Positions 50,457 to 60,231 are shown, counted from the first letter of the stretch. The stretch is DNA of 64,000 nucleotides from Candidatus Sulfotelmatobacter sp. (GCA_035266285.1 DATFNR010000059.1:5136-69135), one strand, 5' to 3'. Numbers and translations: made by a program. The notes: generated by a model from the letters alone, not told the origin.

Positions 50457-52877
50457 ATGAGCATCGCGGAAAAATTCGTGAGCATGGAGTACGGGCCGGC
50501 GCCGGAAGATCCGAAAGAAGCGGCTTTGTGGCTGGAGCGGCACGGGCGGCGCTTTGGGCACTTCATCGGCGGCGCGTGGCAGGCGCCGGCGGCGGGTGAG
50601 TATTTCGACACGCTGGATCCTTCGAATGGCGAAAAGCTCGCCAGCGTGGCGCAAGGGAGCGCGGGGGACGTCGATGCTGCAGTTCGGGCAGCGAGGGCGG
50701 CTTCGCCCAAATGGCAGGCGCTTACGCCGCATGCCCGGGCGCGGTATTTGTATGCGCTGGCGCGGTTGGTGCAAAAGCATTCGCGGTTGCTGGCTGTTCT
50801 CGAAACGATGGACAACGGCAAGCCGATTCGCGAAAGCCGCGACATCGACATTCCGCTGGTGGCGCGGCATTTCTATCATCATGCCGGGTGGGCACAGTTG
50901 CTGACGCAGGAATTTCCCGAGCACGAGCCTTGCGGAGTTGTGGGGCAGATCATTCCGTGGAATTTTCCGCTGCTGATGCTGGCGTGGAAGATTGCGCCCG
51001 CGCTGGCGACTGGAAACACCGTGGTGCTCAAGCCCGCCGAGTTTACCACGCTCACTGCACTTGCCTTCGCTGAACTTTGCCAGGAGGCAGGTTTGCCCGC
51101 CGGGGTCGTGAACATCGTGACCGGAGACGGCTTGACGGGCGAAGCGCTGGTGAAGCATCCCGACGTCGACAAGATCGCGTTCACCGGCTCGACCGAAGTG
51201 GGACGCGCGATTCGCAGCGCGACAGCTTCAAGCCACAAGCGGCTTTCGCTCGAACTGGGAGGAAAGTCTCCGTTCATTATTTTCGACGATGCGGATTTGG
51301 ACAGCGCGGTCGAGGGACTCGTCGATGGCATCTGGTTCAACCAGGGACAGGTGTGCTGCGCGGGGTCACGGCTGCTGATGCAGGAGAGTATTGCCGAGAC
51401 GCTGATCGGGAAGATTCGCGACCGCATGAGCACGCTGCGCATTGGGCCGCCGCTCGACAAGGCGATTGACATTGGCGCGATTGTGGCGCGCGTGCAACTG
51501 GATCGCATTCAGCGGATGGTGGCGCAGGGCGTGGCCGAAGGCGCGACCTGCTGGCAGCCGCAGACGGCGCTGCCGGCGCGGGGTTTCTACTATCCGCCGA
51601 CGCTGCTGAGCAATGTGCATCCGACGTCGATTGTGGCGCAGCAGGAGATCTTCGGGCCGGTGCTGGCGGCGATGACGTTCCGGACTCCGCGTGAGGCCGT
51701 CGAGTTGGCGAACAATACCGTGTACGGGCTGGCCTCGTGCGTGTGGAGCGAGAACATCAATGTGGCGCTGCACGTGGCGGCTCAACTGAAGGCTGGCGTG
51801 GTGTGGGTGAACTGTACCAACCTGTTCGACGCGGCCTGCGGATTTGGCGGATATCGCGAGAGCGGATACGGGCGCGAGGGTGGGCGGGAAGGGCTGCTTG
51901 AGTACATGGAGCCTGCCTGGTTCAAGCATGCGGCGAAGTTGACGTCCTCGACTGGAGATAGAAAATCCCCACTTCTCGCAAAGGACGCGAGAAATGGGGC
52001 ACCCGCCGGTGAGTCTTCCTTGCAGGCAAGTGCGCCGGCGATTGATCGCACGGTAAAGCTCTATATCGGCGGCAAGCAGGCTCGGCCGGATTCGGGATAC
52101 AGCATGGAGGTGCGGTCGCCGGATGGAAAGTTGCTCGGCGAGGCTCCGCTCGGCAATCGCAAGGACATCCGCAACGCCGTGGAAGCGGCGCGCAAGGCCG
52201 ACGGCTGGGGCAAAGCGACCGCACATAACCGCGCACAGGTGCTTTACTACTGCGCGGAGAATCTGGCGCAGCGGCGGGAGGAGATTGCGCACCGGCTGGC
52301 GGATGCTGTCGGCGAGCAGCCGGCTGCAGCGGAAGTCGAACTCGGGATCCAGCGGATTTTTTCTTACGCCGCCTGGGCGGATAAGTTCGACGGGACGGTA
52401 CACAATCCGCCGTTCCGCAACATCGCGATTGCGATGAACGAGCCGGTTGGGACGGTGGGGGTGATTTGCCCCGCGGATGCGCCGCTGATTGGGTTCCTGT
52501 CGCTGGTTATGCCTCTGCTGGCTGTGGGGAACACGGTGATTGCCGTGCCGTCGGAGAAATATCCGCTCATCGCCGGCGATCTCTACCAGCTGTTTGATAC
52601 CAGCGATCTGCCGGGAGGCGCGGTGAACATTGTCACTGGGTACGCTGCGGGGCTGCTGAAGACTCTAGCGGAGCATGACGACGTGGATGCGATCTGGTGC
52701 TATGGCGATGAGGCCACCGTGGCGAGCGCGAAGGCGTTGTCCATCGGAAATCTGAAGCAAGTGTGGAGCAATGAAGGACGTCTGATCGATTGGTTTGACG
52801 CGAAACAGGGCGAGGGACGGTGGTTTCTGGAACATGCCACGCAGGTAAAGAATATCTGGGTTCCGTACGGGGAGTAG
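50457..52877 (+). CDS. Two-module aldehyde dehydrogenase: a full catalytic ALDH fused to a truncated ALDH-like NAD-domain module
   Basis: Module 1 (about 495 aa) carries IIPWNFPLLM, KPAEFT, ELGGKSP and FNQGQVCCAGSR (catalytic Cys). Module 2 (about 280 aa) retains VGVICPADAPL, AVPSEKYP and GGAVNIVTG but ends before any catalytic Cys loop. The linker KSPLLAKDARNGAP is encoded by repeat J2. I chose the ATG at 50457. Confidence 0.8.
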   Translation: MSIAEKFVSMEYGPAPEDPKEAALWLERHGRRFGHFIGGAWQAPAAGEYFDTLDPSNGEKLASVAQGSAGDVDAAVRAARAASPKWQALTPHARARYLYALARLVQKHSRLLAVLETMDNGKPIRESRDIDIPLVARHFYHHAGWAQLLTQEFPEHEPCGVVGQIIPWNFPLLMLAWKIAPALATGNTVVLKPAEFTTLTALAFAELCQEAGLPAGVVNIVTGDGLTGEALVKHPDVDKIAFTGSTEVGRAIRSATASSHKRLSLELGGKSPFIIFDDADLDSAVEGLVDGIWFNQGQVCCAGSRLLMQESIAETLIGKIRDRMSTLRIGPPLDKAIDIGAIVARVQLDRIQRMVAQGVAEGATCWQPQTALPARGFYYPPTLLSNVHPTSIVAQQEIFGPVLAAMTFRTPREAVELANNTVYGLASCVWSENINVALHVAAQLKAGVVWVNCTNLFDAACGFGGYRESGYGREGGREGLLEYMEPAWFKHAAKLTSSTGDRKSPLLAKDARNGAPAGESSLQASAPAIDRTVKLYIGGKQARPDSGYSMEVRSPDGKLLGEAPLGNRKDIRNAVEAARKADGWGKATAHNRAQVLYYCAENLAQRREEIAHRLADAVGEQPAAAEVELGIQRIFSYAAWADKFDGTVHNPPFRNIAIAMNEPVGTVGVICPADAPLIGFLSLVMPLLAVGNTVIAVPSEKYPLIAGDLYQLFDTSDLPGGAVNIVTGYAAGLLKTLAEHDDVDAIWCYGDEATVASAKALSIGNLKQVWSNEGRLIDWFDAKQGEGRWFLEHATQVKNIWVPYGE
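51963..52004 (+). repeat. Family J hairpin element, copy J2, translated in-frame inside the ALDH linker
   Basis: AAATCCCCACTTCTCGCAAAGGACGCGAGAAATGGGGCACCC is near-identical to J1 outside the loop. I checked the reading frame codon by codon (…GDRKSPLLAKDARNGAPAGE…). Confidence 0.8.
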
Positions 52878-52901
52878 GGTTTTTGGGGTAGCGTTAGAGA
52901 T

Positions 52902-52970
52902 GACTCCAGGGGCTAATGCCCCTTAATTTTCCACTCCGTAACGCGGCGCTAGAGCGCCGCTCTTCCACGG
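52902..52970. repeat. GC-rich double-hairpin element (family L)
   Basis: The stems are AGGGGC-TAAT-GCCCCT and GCGGCGCT-AG-AGCGCCGC (perfect 8 bp). It lies downstream of the two-module ALDH. Confidence 0.55.
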
Positions 52971-53004
52971 TATCGTCAATTTCCACCCGCCGGGATGTGC
53001 CCGT

Positions 53005-53046
53005 CTCGCTGCGCTCGATGGACAGCCGAGGCGGCTGTCCCTACAT
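53005..53046. repeat. Family H REP-like element, copy H2
   Basis: TCTCGCTGCGCTCGATGGACAGCCGAGGCGGCTGTCCCTACA. The palindromic core is GACAGCCG-AGG-CGGCTGTC. Confidence 0.7.
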
Positions 53047-53158
53047 GGCCGGGGTGGCGTTGCATTTGTCGGCGTGCGGCGCTAGCATAGCCCCGTCGCT
53101 TCCTTCGTTTGGCATCTTCTTCATCTCTTGCAAGCGTCTGACTGACCTAGGAGGTCCT

Positions 53159-54652
53159 ATGGGCATCGCAGTTTCCCCGCAAATTCATCCGCAAGTGGCG
53201 GAGTTCATCGACAAACCACGCAAAATGCTGATCAACGGACGGTGGATGAACGCCGCCTCGGGCAAGACTTTTCCAACTTACAATCCGGCGACGGGCGAGG
53301 TGCTCGCTCAGATTGCGGAAGGCGACCGCGACGATATCGAGCAGGCGGTTCGGGCAGCACGGAAAGCGTTCGACAGCGGCCCGTGGCGCCGCATGACGCC
53401 GTCTGAGCGCGGGCGCCTGATCTGGAAGCTCGCCGATCTGCTGGAGCAGCACAGCGAGGAGTTCGCCTATATCGAGAGCCTGGACAATGGCAAGGCATTC
53501 AACATCGCCAAAGTAGCCGACGTGCCACTGGCGGTCGACATGTTTCGCTATATGGCGGGATGGGCGACCAAGATCGAAGGCAACACCATTCCCATCTCTT
53601 CAGGCGGAAAATTTCTTGCCTACACGTTGCGGGAGCCGATCGGAGTGGTGGGACAAATCATTCCGTGGAATTTTCCCCTGCTGATGGCGGCGTGGAAGCT
53701 GGGACCGGCGCTGGCGGCGGGCTGCACGGTCGTGCTGAAGCCGGCCGAGCAAACGCCGCTTTCGGCGCTGCGTCTGGGTGAACTGGTGATGGAAGCTGGG
53801 TTCCCCGAGGGCGTAGTCAACATCGTTCCGGGATATGGGGAGACGGCTGGAGCGGCGCTGGCGGCGCATCCGAATGTCGACAAAGTAGCGTTCACCGGGT
53901 CGACCGAAGTCGGCAAACTGATCGTGCACGCGGCGGCGGGGAACCTGAAGAAAGTTTCGCTGGAACTGGGCGGCAAGTCGCCGAACGTCGTGTTCAAGGA
54001 CGCAGATCTCGATAGTGCGATCGCCGGCTCGGCCAGCGCGATCTTCTTCAACCACGGGCAGTGCTGCTGCGCCGGGTCACGGCTGTACGTCGAGAAATCG
54101 GTGTACGACCGGGTCGTGGAAGGAGTGGCTGCGGAAGCGAAGAAGATCAAGGTCGGGTCGGGGCTTGATCCAGAAACGCAGATGGGGCCGCTGGTTTCCG
54201 TAGAGCAGCTGAATCGCGTGTGTGGATACCTGGAAGCTGGATTCTCCGAGGGCGCGAAAGCCGTGGTGGGCGGGCACAAGGCCGGCGACCGCGGATACTT
54301 TGTGGAGCCGACTGTGCTTGTGAACACGAAGGAAGATATGAAGGTCGTGAAAGAGGAAATCTTCGGGCCGGTGGTGACGGCGATGCCGTTCACCGATCCC
54401 GAGGAAATCATCCCGCGGGCCAACGACAGTGAATACGGCCTGGCGGCGGCGGTGTGGACGCGCGACATCGGCAAGGCGCATCGTATGGCCGAGCAGCTGC
54501 GCGCGGGCACGGTCTGGATCAACTGCTATAACGTGTTCGACGCGGCGTTGCCGTTCGGAGGGTACAAGCAATCCGGATGGGGCCGCGAGATGGGACACGA
54601 AGTGCTCAACAACTACACGCAGACCAAGGCGGTGTGCGCGAATATCGCGTAG
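53159..54652 (+). CDS. NAD(P)-dependent aldehyde dehydrogenase
   Basis: 497 aa from the ATG at 53159, with AGGAGG upstream. It carries IIPWNFPLLM, KPAEQTP, ELGGKSP, FNHGQCCCAGSR and EEIFGPV. The track's N-terminal extension reads through repeats L and H2. Confidence 0.9.
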   Translation: MGIAVSPQIHPQVAEFIDKPRKMLINGRWMNAASGKTFPTYNPATGEVLAQIAEGDRDDIEQAVRAARKAFDSGPWRRMTPSERGRLIWKLADLLEQHSEEFAYIESLDNGKAFNIAKVADVPLAVDMFRYMAGWATKIEGNTIPISSGGKFLAYTLREPIGVVGQIIPWNFPLLMAAWKLGPALAAGCTVVLKPAEQTPLSALRLGELVMEAGFPEGVVNIVPGYGETAGAALAAHPNVDKVAFTGSTEVGKLIVHAAAGNLKKVSLELGGKSPNVVFKDADLDSAIAGSASAIFFNHGQCCCAGSRLYVEKSVYDRVVEGVAAEAKKIKVGSGLDPETQMGPLVSVEQLNRVCGYLEAGFSEGAKAVVGGHKAGDRGYFVEPTVLVNTKEDMKVVKEEIFGPVVTAMPFTDPEEIIPRANDSEYGLAAAVWTRDIGKAHRMAEQLRAGTVWINCYNVFDAALPFGGYKQSGWGREMGHEVLNNYTQTKAVCANIA

Positions 54653-54764
54653 GGTTTGAGCCTGAGACGAGACGGCGGCCACGGTCGCCGTCTTTTTTGT
54701 TGGGGACGGCACGCGCCGCAATCGGGAGTCTCATGGTGGCAGTGAGAGTCTAAGCACGGGAACC

Positions 54765-54853
54765 GGTGCCGTCCCTTGCGGGACTCGGCTCTCGCGCTAG
54801 TCCCTTCCCCGGCACTTACGTGCCGGGCTATTGCATACCGCCCCTTCGGGGCT
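54765..54853. repeat. Family K multi-hairpin element, copy 2 (inverted relative to copy 1)
   Basis: GGTGCCGTCCCTTGCGGGAC...CCCCGGCACTTACGTGCCGGG...CCGCCCCTTCGGGGCTG lies between the convergent ALDH and pyrR genes. Confidence 0.65.
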
Positions 54854-54973
54854 GAGGTGGGGCGGCGTTTTCGTTCGGTGGTTTCCTTCAGAACGAAGAT
54901 TCTCACGCGCTCACGGAACGACGCGCCAACGCGGGCCTTACCGACGGCCTCCAGCTTTTTTCTGACGGGTCAT

Positions 54974-55543
54974 TTACTTTTCCATCAGCAGGACTTTTTC
55001 CTGGTCGTCAATTTCGGTGAGCTTGACCTCGATCACTTCGTTCATCGTGGTCTGCACGTTGCGGCCGACAAACGTCGCTTCGACGGGAATCTCACGATGG
55101 CCGCGATCGATGAGCACGCATAGTTGCACGCGGCGGGGGCGGCCGTGAGAAAACAGGGCATCCAGAGCAGCACGGGTGGTGCGGCCGGTGAAAAGAACGT
55201 CATCGACGAGCACAATGTTCTTGTCTTCGATGCTGAAACCGATTTCCTTTTCCTGCACGACCGGCTTGGGACCCAGGGTCGATAGATCGTCCCGATAGAA
55301 CGTGATGTCCAGAGTTCCCACCGGAACTTTTGCGTTCTCGATGCGGGTGATGATCTTGCCCAGGCGCTCGGCCAGGGGCACGCCGCGGCGGCGAATGCCA
55401 ACCAGGCCCAAAGCGTCGACCCCATCGTTCTTTTCGACGATTTCATACGCGAGCCGCACCAGCGTGCGCTCGATCTCCGATGCCGACATGAGTTGCGCCT
55501 TCTGGCGAAGGCCGGTTTTACGAGCAGTGTTCTTTGCATTCAT
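54974..55543 (-). CDS. pyrR: Bifunctional pyr operon regulator / uracil phosphoribosyltransferase PyrR
   Basis: 189 aa from the ATG at 55541-55543. LVGIRRRGVPLAERL, DITFYRDD, IVLVDDVLFTGRTTRAAL and LIDRGHRE.P are collinear with B. subtilis PyrR as I recall it. Confidence 0.9.
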   Translation of the reverse strand: MNAKNTARKTGLRQKAQLMSASEIERTLVRLAYEIVEKNDGVDALGLVGIRRRGVPLAERLGKIITRIENAKVPVGTLDITFYRDDLSTLGPKPVVQEKEIGFSIEDKNIVLVDDVLFTGRTTRAALDALFSHGRPRRVQLCVLIDRGHREIPVEATFVGRNVQTTMNEVIEVKLTEIDDQEKVLLMEK

Positions 55544-55580
55544 TAGGGAGCGATGCCTCGCGGGCGGAAGCCGGCTTCTC

Positions 55581-55609
55581 AATGTAGTCAAGGCTCTGGC
55601 GCAGGTCAA
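55581..55609 (-). promoter_or_regulatory. Candidate sigma-70-type promoter upstream of pyrR
   Basis: The minus strand reads TTGACC, a 17-nt spacer, then TACATT, about 40 nt upstream of the pyrR ATG. This is a pattern match only. Confidence 0.3.
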
Positions 55610-55634
55610 GCGGGGCGGAGTTCGCCGATTGGAG

Positions 55635-57485
55635 TTACACCGTGGGGTCGATGATCGGTACGACAGGCTCAAGCTCCGCATCCGAGATTGCGCGCCGGTC
55701 CGGGCATTCGGTTCTGACGAGGCGGACAAGGCGCGAGTTCACGTCTTGCACGCCGGCGAGGGTGATGGCTTCCGGATTCTTGCCGACGCCGTCGTTGGGC
55801 ACAAAACCCACGCCTTGATTTCTGCCCAGGGACTTTGCCCGGTAGAGGGCGGCATCGGCCAGCGCAATGGACTCCTCCGCGCACAAGGCCTCGAAAGCGC
55901 CGCGGGACCAGGGATATGCGGCCCATCCCACGGAGCAAGTCTTGCGCACGGTTATTCCATAACCCAGTTCGAAGGGTTGTGCAGCCATGATGTCAAGAAC
56001 GCGGCTGCAGAATGCGGGAGTGCCGGCGGGATCGGTGGAGCGGCTCATGATGAGAAATTCTTCGCCGCCCCAGCGCACCAGGACGTCGGACTTGCGGACG
56101 ACCGTGGAGAGCCGTTCCGCGACGAGCTGCAGCAGGCGGTCGCCGGCGGGGTGACCGTGCAGGTCGTTCACTTCCTTGAAGAAATCCACGTCGACCATGA
56201 TGAAGACCAGGTCGCGGTGATCCATCTTCCTGATATCGCCGCCGCGGGCGCGCTGATAGTTGCGCAGGACTTGTCCGGCTTCGGCGGTGAGAATCTCTTC
56301 GAGATAGCGGCGGTTCCATATTCCGGTCAGCACGTCGGTGAAAGAAATCTCCTGCAACTCAAGATTCTTCCGCTGAAGTTCCAGGCTGTGCCAGCGGAGG
56401 GAGTGTTCTTTGCTCTCCAGCTGGTCTTTCATGCGGCACATGTCGTCCAGATTCTGGCGGGTGAGGCGCAACAGGCTCAACAATTCTCGATCGAGCAGAT
56501 GCTGTCGCAGAAAGACCAGCGCGCCCATCACGATCATGACCGCCACGGTGAGAAGCAGGCGGAAGGTGCGCACGGGTTGCGGGGCGTCGCCGCCGAATTG
56601 CGCCCACGCCACTAAGAGCGGAGTGATGAAGACGGCCAGCATGGCGAGACGCGCCTGCCAGAGGCCATCGCCACGCACGGCAGATTCCTCTTGCGGACCT
56701 TCGAAGGCGGTGGTTCTGGCTACGTAGCCGATGCGGGCGAACCAGGCCATGGCCGCCACCAGCGGCACATCGAACAAGCTGCCGGTGTAGTAGATGTGGT
56801 AATCAATGGCCTCATTGGCCATCAGTGAGCCGATGCACGCCAGCAGGGTTGCTCCGTAGAGCTGTCCGTAGATGCCGCGCCACGCGCCGGAACTGCGGCG
56901 CCATACCAGGATCAGTCCGGCGCCGAGCACCAGCTGTTCGCAAACGTAGAGAATGTCGAAGCTGGTTCCGTAAGTCGACTCGACCGGATGCACATACTGC
57001 CACGGGATCACGATGAACAGGTAGAGGAACAGCCACCAGGTGAGCAGCAACAGAAAATCAAGCGTACCCACGCGGAGGGTGCGATCGTTCTGCCGGGTGT
57101 GCGGCTGCACCGCCACTGCGGCCATCATGGGTACGACGTGTAAGAAGAGAATGACGTCGCCGACGAAGGGGTTGGGGGCTTCCTGCCGCAGGAAGACCTC
57201 GAAGTACGTCCACAACAGCTGCGCGGCGAGCCACATGCCCACGCCGAGGCCCATCAGCGCCCAGAACAGACGCGCTTTGCGGGCCCGTGTATTGGCGACA
57301 ATCGCAATTGTGCCGCAGAGCAGAAGCGCGCACTGCAGAAGGTCACCGAAGGCGGTGAGGGCAAAGCCGCGCGGAGCCAGCGCAGATAACAAGACGTGGA
57401 CACACACCACCGCGCACACGACGATGGTCCACGCCCGAGCGTGCTGGAGCGGAGATATCCCCACCTTTTGATTGTAGGGTTGCAT
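55635..57485 (-). CDS. Membrane-bound diguanylate cyclase (GGDEF domain)
   Basis: 616 aa. An N-terminal polytopic sensor region of about 8 TM segments is followed by a coiled-coil linker and a GGDEF domain with an intact GGEEF motif (RWGGEEFLI) and an RxxD-like site upstream. Confidence 0.88.
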   Translation of the reverse strand: MQPYNQKVGISPLQHARAWTIVVCAVVCVHVLLSALAPRGFALTAFGDLLQCALLLCGTIAIVANTRARKARLFWALMGLGVGMWLAAQLLWTYFEVFLRQEAPNPFVGDVILFLHVVPMMAAVAVQPHTRQNDRTLRVGTLDFLLLLTWWLFLYLFIVIPWQYVHPVESTYGTSFDILYVCEQLVLGAGLILVWRRSSGAWRGIYGQLYGATLLACIGSLMANEAIDYHIYYTGSLFDVPLVAAMAWFARIGYVARTTAFEGPQEESAVRGDGLWQARLAMLAVFITPLLVAWAQFGGDAPQPVRTFRLLLTVAVMIVMGALVFLRQHLLDRELLSLLRLTRQNLDDMCRMKDQLESKEHSLRWHSLELQRKNLELQEISFTDVLTGIWNRRYLEEILTAEAGQVLRNYQRARGGDIRKMDHRDLVFIMVDVDFFKEVNDLHGHPAGDRLLQLVAERLSTVVRKSDVLVRWGGEEFLIMSRSTDPAGTPAFCSRVLDIMAAQPFELGYGITVRKTCSVGWAAYPWSRGAFEALCAEESIALADAALYRAKSLGRNQGVGFVPNDGVGKNPEAITLAGVQDVNSRLVRLVRTECPDRRAISDAELEPVVPIIDPTV

Positions 57486-57539
57486 CGCCAGGCAAAACTG
57501 TTACGGAAGTAACGCTAAAGCTGACCGAAACTGGACACG

Positions 57540-58790
57540 TCAGGTCTGCGTTAAGGCTGCGGTGAAGCGCTGCACGAACTGGTAAACATCCTGATATGAG
57601 TTGTAAAGCGGCGCTGGGGCTACGCGGAAGATGTCGGGTTCGCGCCAATCGCCGATCACTCCCTCGGCTGCGAGCCGGGCGCACAGAGCGCGCCCTGCAC
57701 GCGGCAAACGAATGGAGAGTTGCGCGCCCCGGCGCTCCGGTTGCGGGGGAGTAACGAGGGTGAAATGGGGTGAGCCGCGGGAGCTCTGCAAAGATTGGTG
57801 CAGCAAGAACTCCAAGTAGGCGGTGAGGTGAACACTTTTTTCGCGCAAGCGCTCCATGCCAGCCTCAGCAAAGATTTCCATCGAGGCTCGCAGTGGAGCC
57901 AAAGCCAGAATTGGAGGATTGCTGAGCTGCCATCCTTCTGCTCCCGCCATGGGATGGAAATCGGGTCCCATCTGGAAACGAATGTTCTCGTCGTGGCCCC
58001 ACCATCCGGCGAAGCGAGGCAGGTTCCAGGCGCGGGCGTGGCGCTCGTGCACAAAACAGCCGCCCACGCAGCCCGGGCCGCCGTTCAGGTACTTGTAGCT
58101 GCACCATACGGCGAAATCCGGGCCCCAATCGTGCAGGTGCAGCGGCAGATTTCCAGCAGCGTGGGCCAGATCGAAACCCACGATGCATCCCGCGCGGTGT
58201 CCGGCTTTGGTGATCTCTTCCACGTTGAACGCTTGACCAGTGACATAGTTCACGCCGCCGAGCAGGATCAGCGCGATGGACGAGCCTTCACGCTCGATCA
58301 GCGACGCGATGTCTTCGTCACGCAGGAAGGACTCACCCTCACGCGGCGTGAGCTCCAGCAGCGCCGATGCGGGATCGAAGCCGTGGAAACGGATCTGCGA
58401 ATTCACTGCATATTGGTCCGACGGAAACGCGCCGCCTTCGACCAGTATCTTGTTTCGCGTCGGGGTCGGGCGATAGAACGACGCCATCATCAAGTGCAGG
58501 TTGACGGTCAGGGAGTTCATTACGACGACTTCTGACGGCTCGGCTCCGACGAGGGCTGCGGTCTGCTGCGTCAGAAGGCGGTGATAGGGCACCCACGGGT
58601 TCCGGGCGTGAAAGTGGCCCTCCACGCCGAAGCGCGCCCAATCTTGCAGCTCCTGCTCCAGGTACGACCCTGCAGCCTTGGGTTGCAGGCCGAGCGAATG
58701 GCCGGCGAGATAGATACAGTCGTGGACGCTGTTGGTTTTTGGAAAATGAAAACGAGAACGAAAGTGGGCCAAAGGATCGCGGGCATCCAT
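57540..58790 (-). CDS. kynU: Kynureninase
   Basis: 416 aa from the ATG at 58788-58790. The PLP-lysine region reads DFAVWCSYKYLNGGPG. It begins DPLAHFRSRFHFP, and overall it is collinear with KynU. Confidence 0.9.
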   Translation of the reverse strand: MDARDPLAHFRSRFHFPKTNSVHDCIYLAGHSLGLQPKAAGSYLEQELQDWARFGVEGHFHARNPWVPYHRLLTQQTAALVGAEPSEVVVMNSLTVNLHLMMASFYRPTPTRNKILVEGGAFPSDQYAVNSQIRFHGFDPASALLELTPREGESFLRDEDIASLIEREGSSIALILLGGVNYVTGQAFNVEEITKAGHRAGCIVGFDLAHAAGNLPLHLHDWGPDFAVWCSYKYLNGGPGCVGGCFVHERHARAWNLPRFAGWWGHDENIRFQMGPDFHPMAGAEGWQLSNPPILALAPLRASMEIFAEAGMERLREKSVHLTAYLEFLLHQSLQSSRGSPHFTLVTPPQPERRGAQLSIRLPRAGRALCARLAAEGVIGDWREPDIFRVAPAPLYNSYQDVYQFVQRFTAALTQT

Positions 58791-58831
58791 CGCTGACGCG
58801 AAGTCTTTTCCGGGCTGGAATGAAGAGGCGC

Positions 58832-60199
58832 TCACGCAGCAAGCTCCAGCGGGGTGAGCTGACTGCGGATCAACTGCTCGGCCCTGCCCCAGTTCAGGTC
58901 CTCGATGCGTTCGATGGGATCGCACAACTCCGACAGCATCTGGTCCTGTTTTCGGCCCCGCTCGAGGGCGACCGCATAGGGAATGCGATGAAACGTTACC
59001 ATGGCGTACTTGGGAACAAACAGCCGCGGATATTTTGCTTCGAGGGCGAGCTCGACTTTTTTGCGGAACAGAAATCTGGGGTCAGCGACCAGGTCGCGCA
59101 TTTCGACGAAATTCTCAACTGCCAGATCGGCAATTGCATCTGTATTGACCTTGCGTGCCTCCTCGAAGTCCCGAAACACGCGCGACCAATCCGCGCCGTG
59201 GCGGTCGAGGAGACCCAGCAGACACGTGCAATCCTCGAAGCCGCAATTGATGCCCTGACCGAAAAATGGAACGATGGCGTGGGCGGCGTCGCCGAGCAGG
59301 AGCGTGCGCCCTTCGAAATGCCAGGGTGCACATTTGATGGTCACCATCGCGCCGGTAGGATTGTCGAAAAAGTTGCCGGTCAGATTCGGCATCAACGGCA
59401 CTGCGTCGGGGAAGCTCGATTGGAAGAAATCCTGCAAAGATGCTGGTGTGGTCAAATGCGCAAAGCTGTCCGGGCCTTCGAATGGGAGGAAGAGAATGCA
59501 GGCGAACGTGCCGTCAGTATTGGGCAGGGCGATCAGCATGTAGCTGCCGCGCGGCCAGATGTGGAGCGCATTCGTCTCCATGGGATGCTTGCCATCGGGA
59601 GCGGCGGGGATCGTGAGTTCTTTGTAGCCGTAGTCGAGATATTGTTGCGAGAAGTTGAAGCGGTTCAACTTGAGCATTTCGTTGCGAATCGCCGAGGCGG
59701 AGCCGTCACAGCCGATCACTACCTCTGTCTCATGAATACTCTCCTCGCCAGTTTGTTCGTCGCGCAGATGAAGCGCGCCGGAACGGAGATCGATGCCGGT
59801 GCAGCGCTGTTGGAAGAAGATGGTTACGCCCGCGGCCTCGGCGGCGTCCATGAGGGCTATGTTCAGCGCGGAGCGGGAGATGGAGTTGATGACTTCGCCT
59901 TCATTCTTTCCATAAGGCTGAAATGCGAGTTCCGACGTAAGCGAATGCATCATTCGCCCTTTCATCGGAATGATGATTCTTCGCATGTCGTTCCACAATC
60001 CGGCCTGCGTTAAAGCGTGGATTCCGCGGGTCGACAAGGCCAGATTGATGGATCGCCCGGCGCTCTGGCGCACTTGGCGCATGTCCGGGCGGCGCTCATA
60101 GATTTCTACTTCGAATCCGCGATTGACAAGACCGAGGGCCAGCAGCGGACCGTTGAGGCCGGCGCCGATGAGAGTGATGGTCTGGGGATCGCGAGTCAT
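58832..60199 (-). CDS. kmo: Kynurenine 3-monooxygenase (FAD-dependent)
   Basis: 455 aa from the ATG at 60197-60199. It has the FAD fingerprint ITLIGAGLNGPLLAL, the LLGDAAHAIVPFFGQG motif and a KMO-like C-terminus. Confidence 0.85.
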   Translation of the reverse strand: MTRDPQTITLIGAGLNGPLLALGLVNRGFEVEIYERRPDMRQVRQSAGRSINLALSTRGIHALTQAGLWNDMRRIIIPMKGRMMHSLTSELAFQPYGKNEGEVINSISRSALNIALMDAAEAAGVTIFFQQRCTGIDLRSGALHLRDEQTGEESIHETEVVIGCDGSASAIRNEMLKLNRFNFSQQYLDYGYKELTIPAAPDGKHPMETNALHIWPRGSYMLIALPNTDGTFACILFLPFEGPDSFAHLTTPASLQDFFQSSFPDAVPLMPNLTGNFFDNPTGAMVTIKCAPWHFEGRTLLLGDAAHAIVPFFGQGINCGFEDCTCLLGLLDRHGADWSRVFRDFEEARKVNTDAIADLAVENFVEMRDLVADPRFLFRKKVELALEAKYPRLFVPKYAMVTFHRIPYAVALERGRKQDQMLSELCDPIERIEDLNWGRAEQLIRSQLTPLELAA

Positions 60200-60231
60200 G
60201 CCAGCAGAAACGAGTTTCGGCGCAGGCGGGC

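Noticed and set aside
55544-55634. A PyrR-binding anti-antiterminator motif in the pyrR leader (CCAGAGCC resembles part of the UCCAGAGAGG loop consensus).
   Set aside because: Only a partial 6-nt match is present, and it overlaps the putative promoter spacer. No terminator/antiterminator alternative structure is evident, so the support is not enough to call it.
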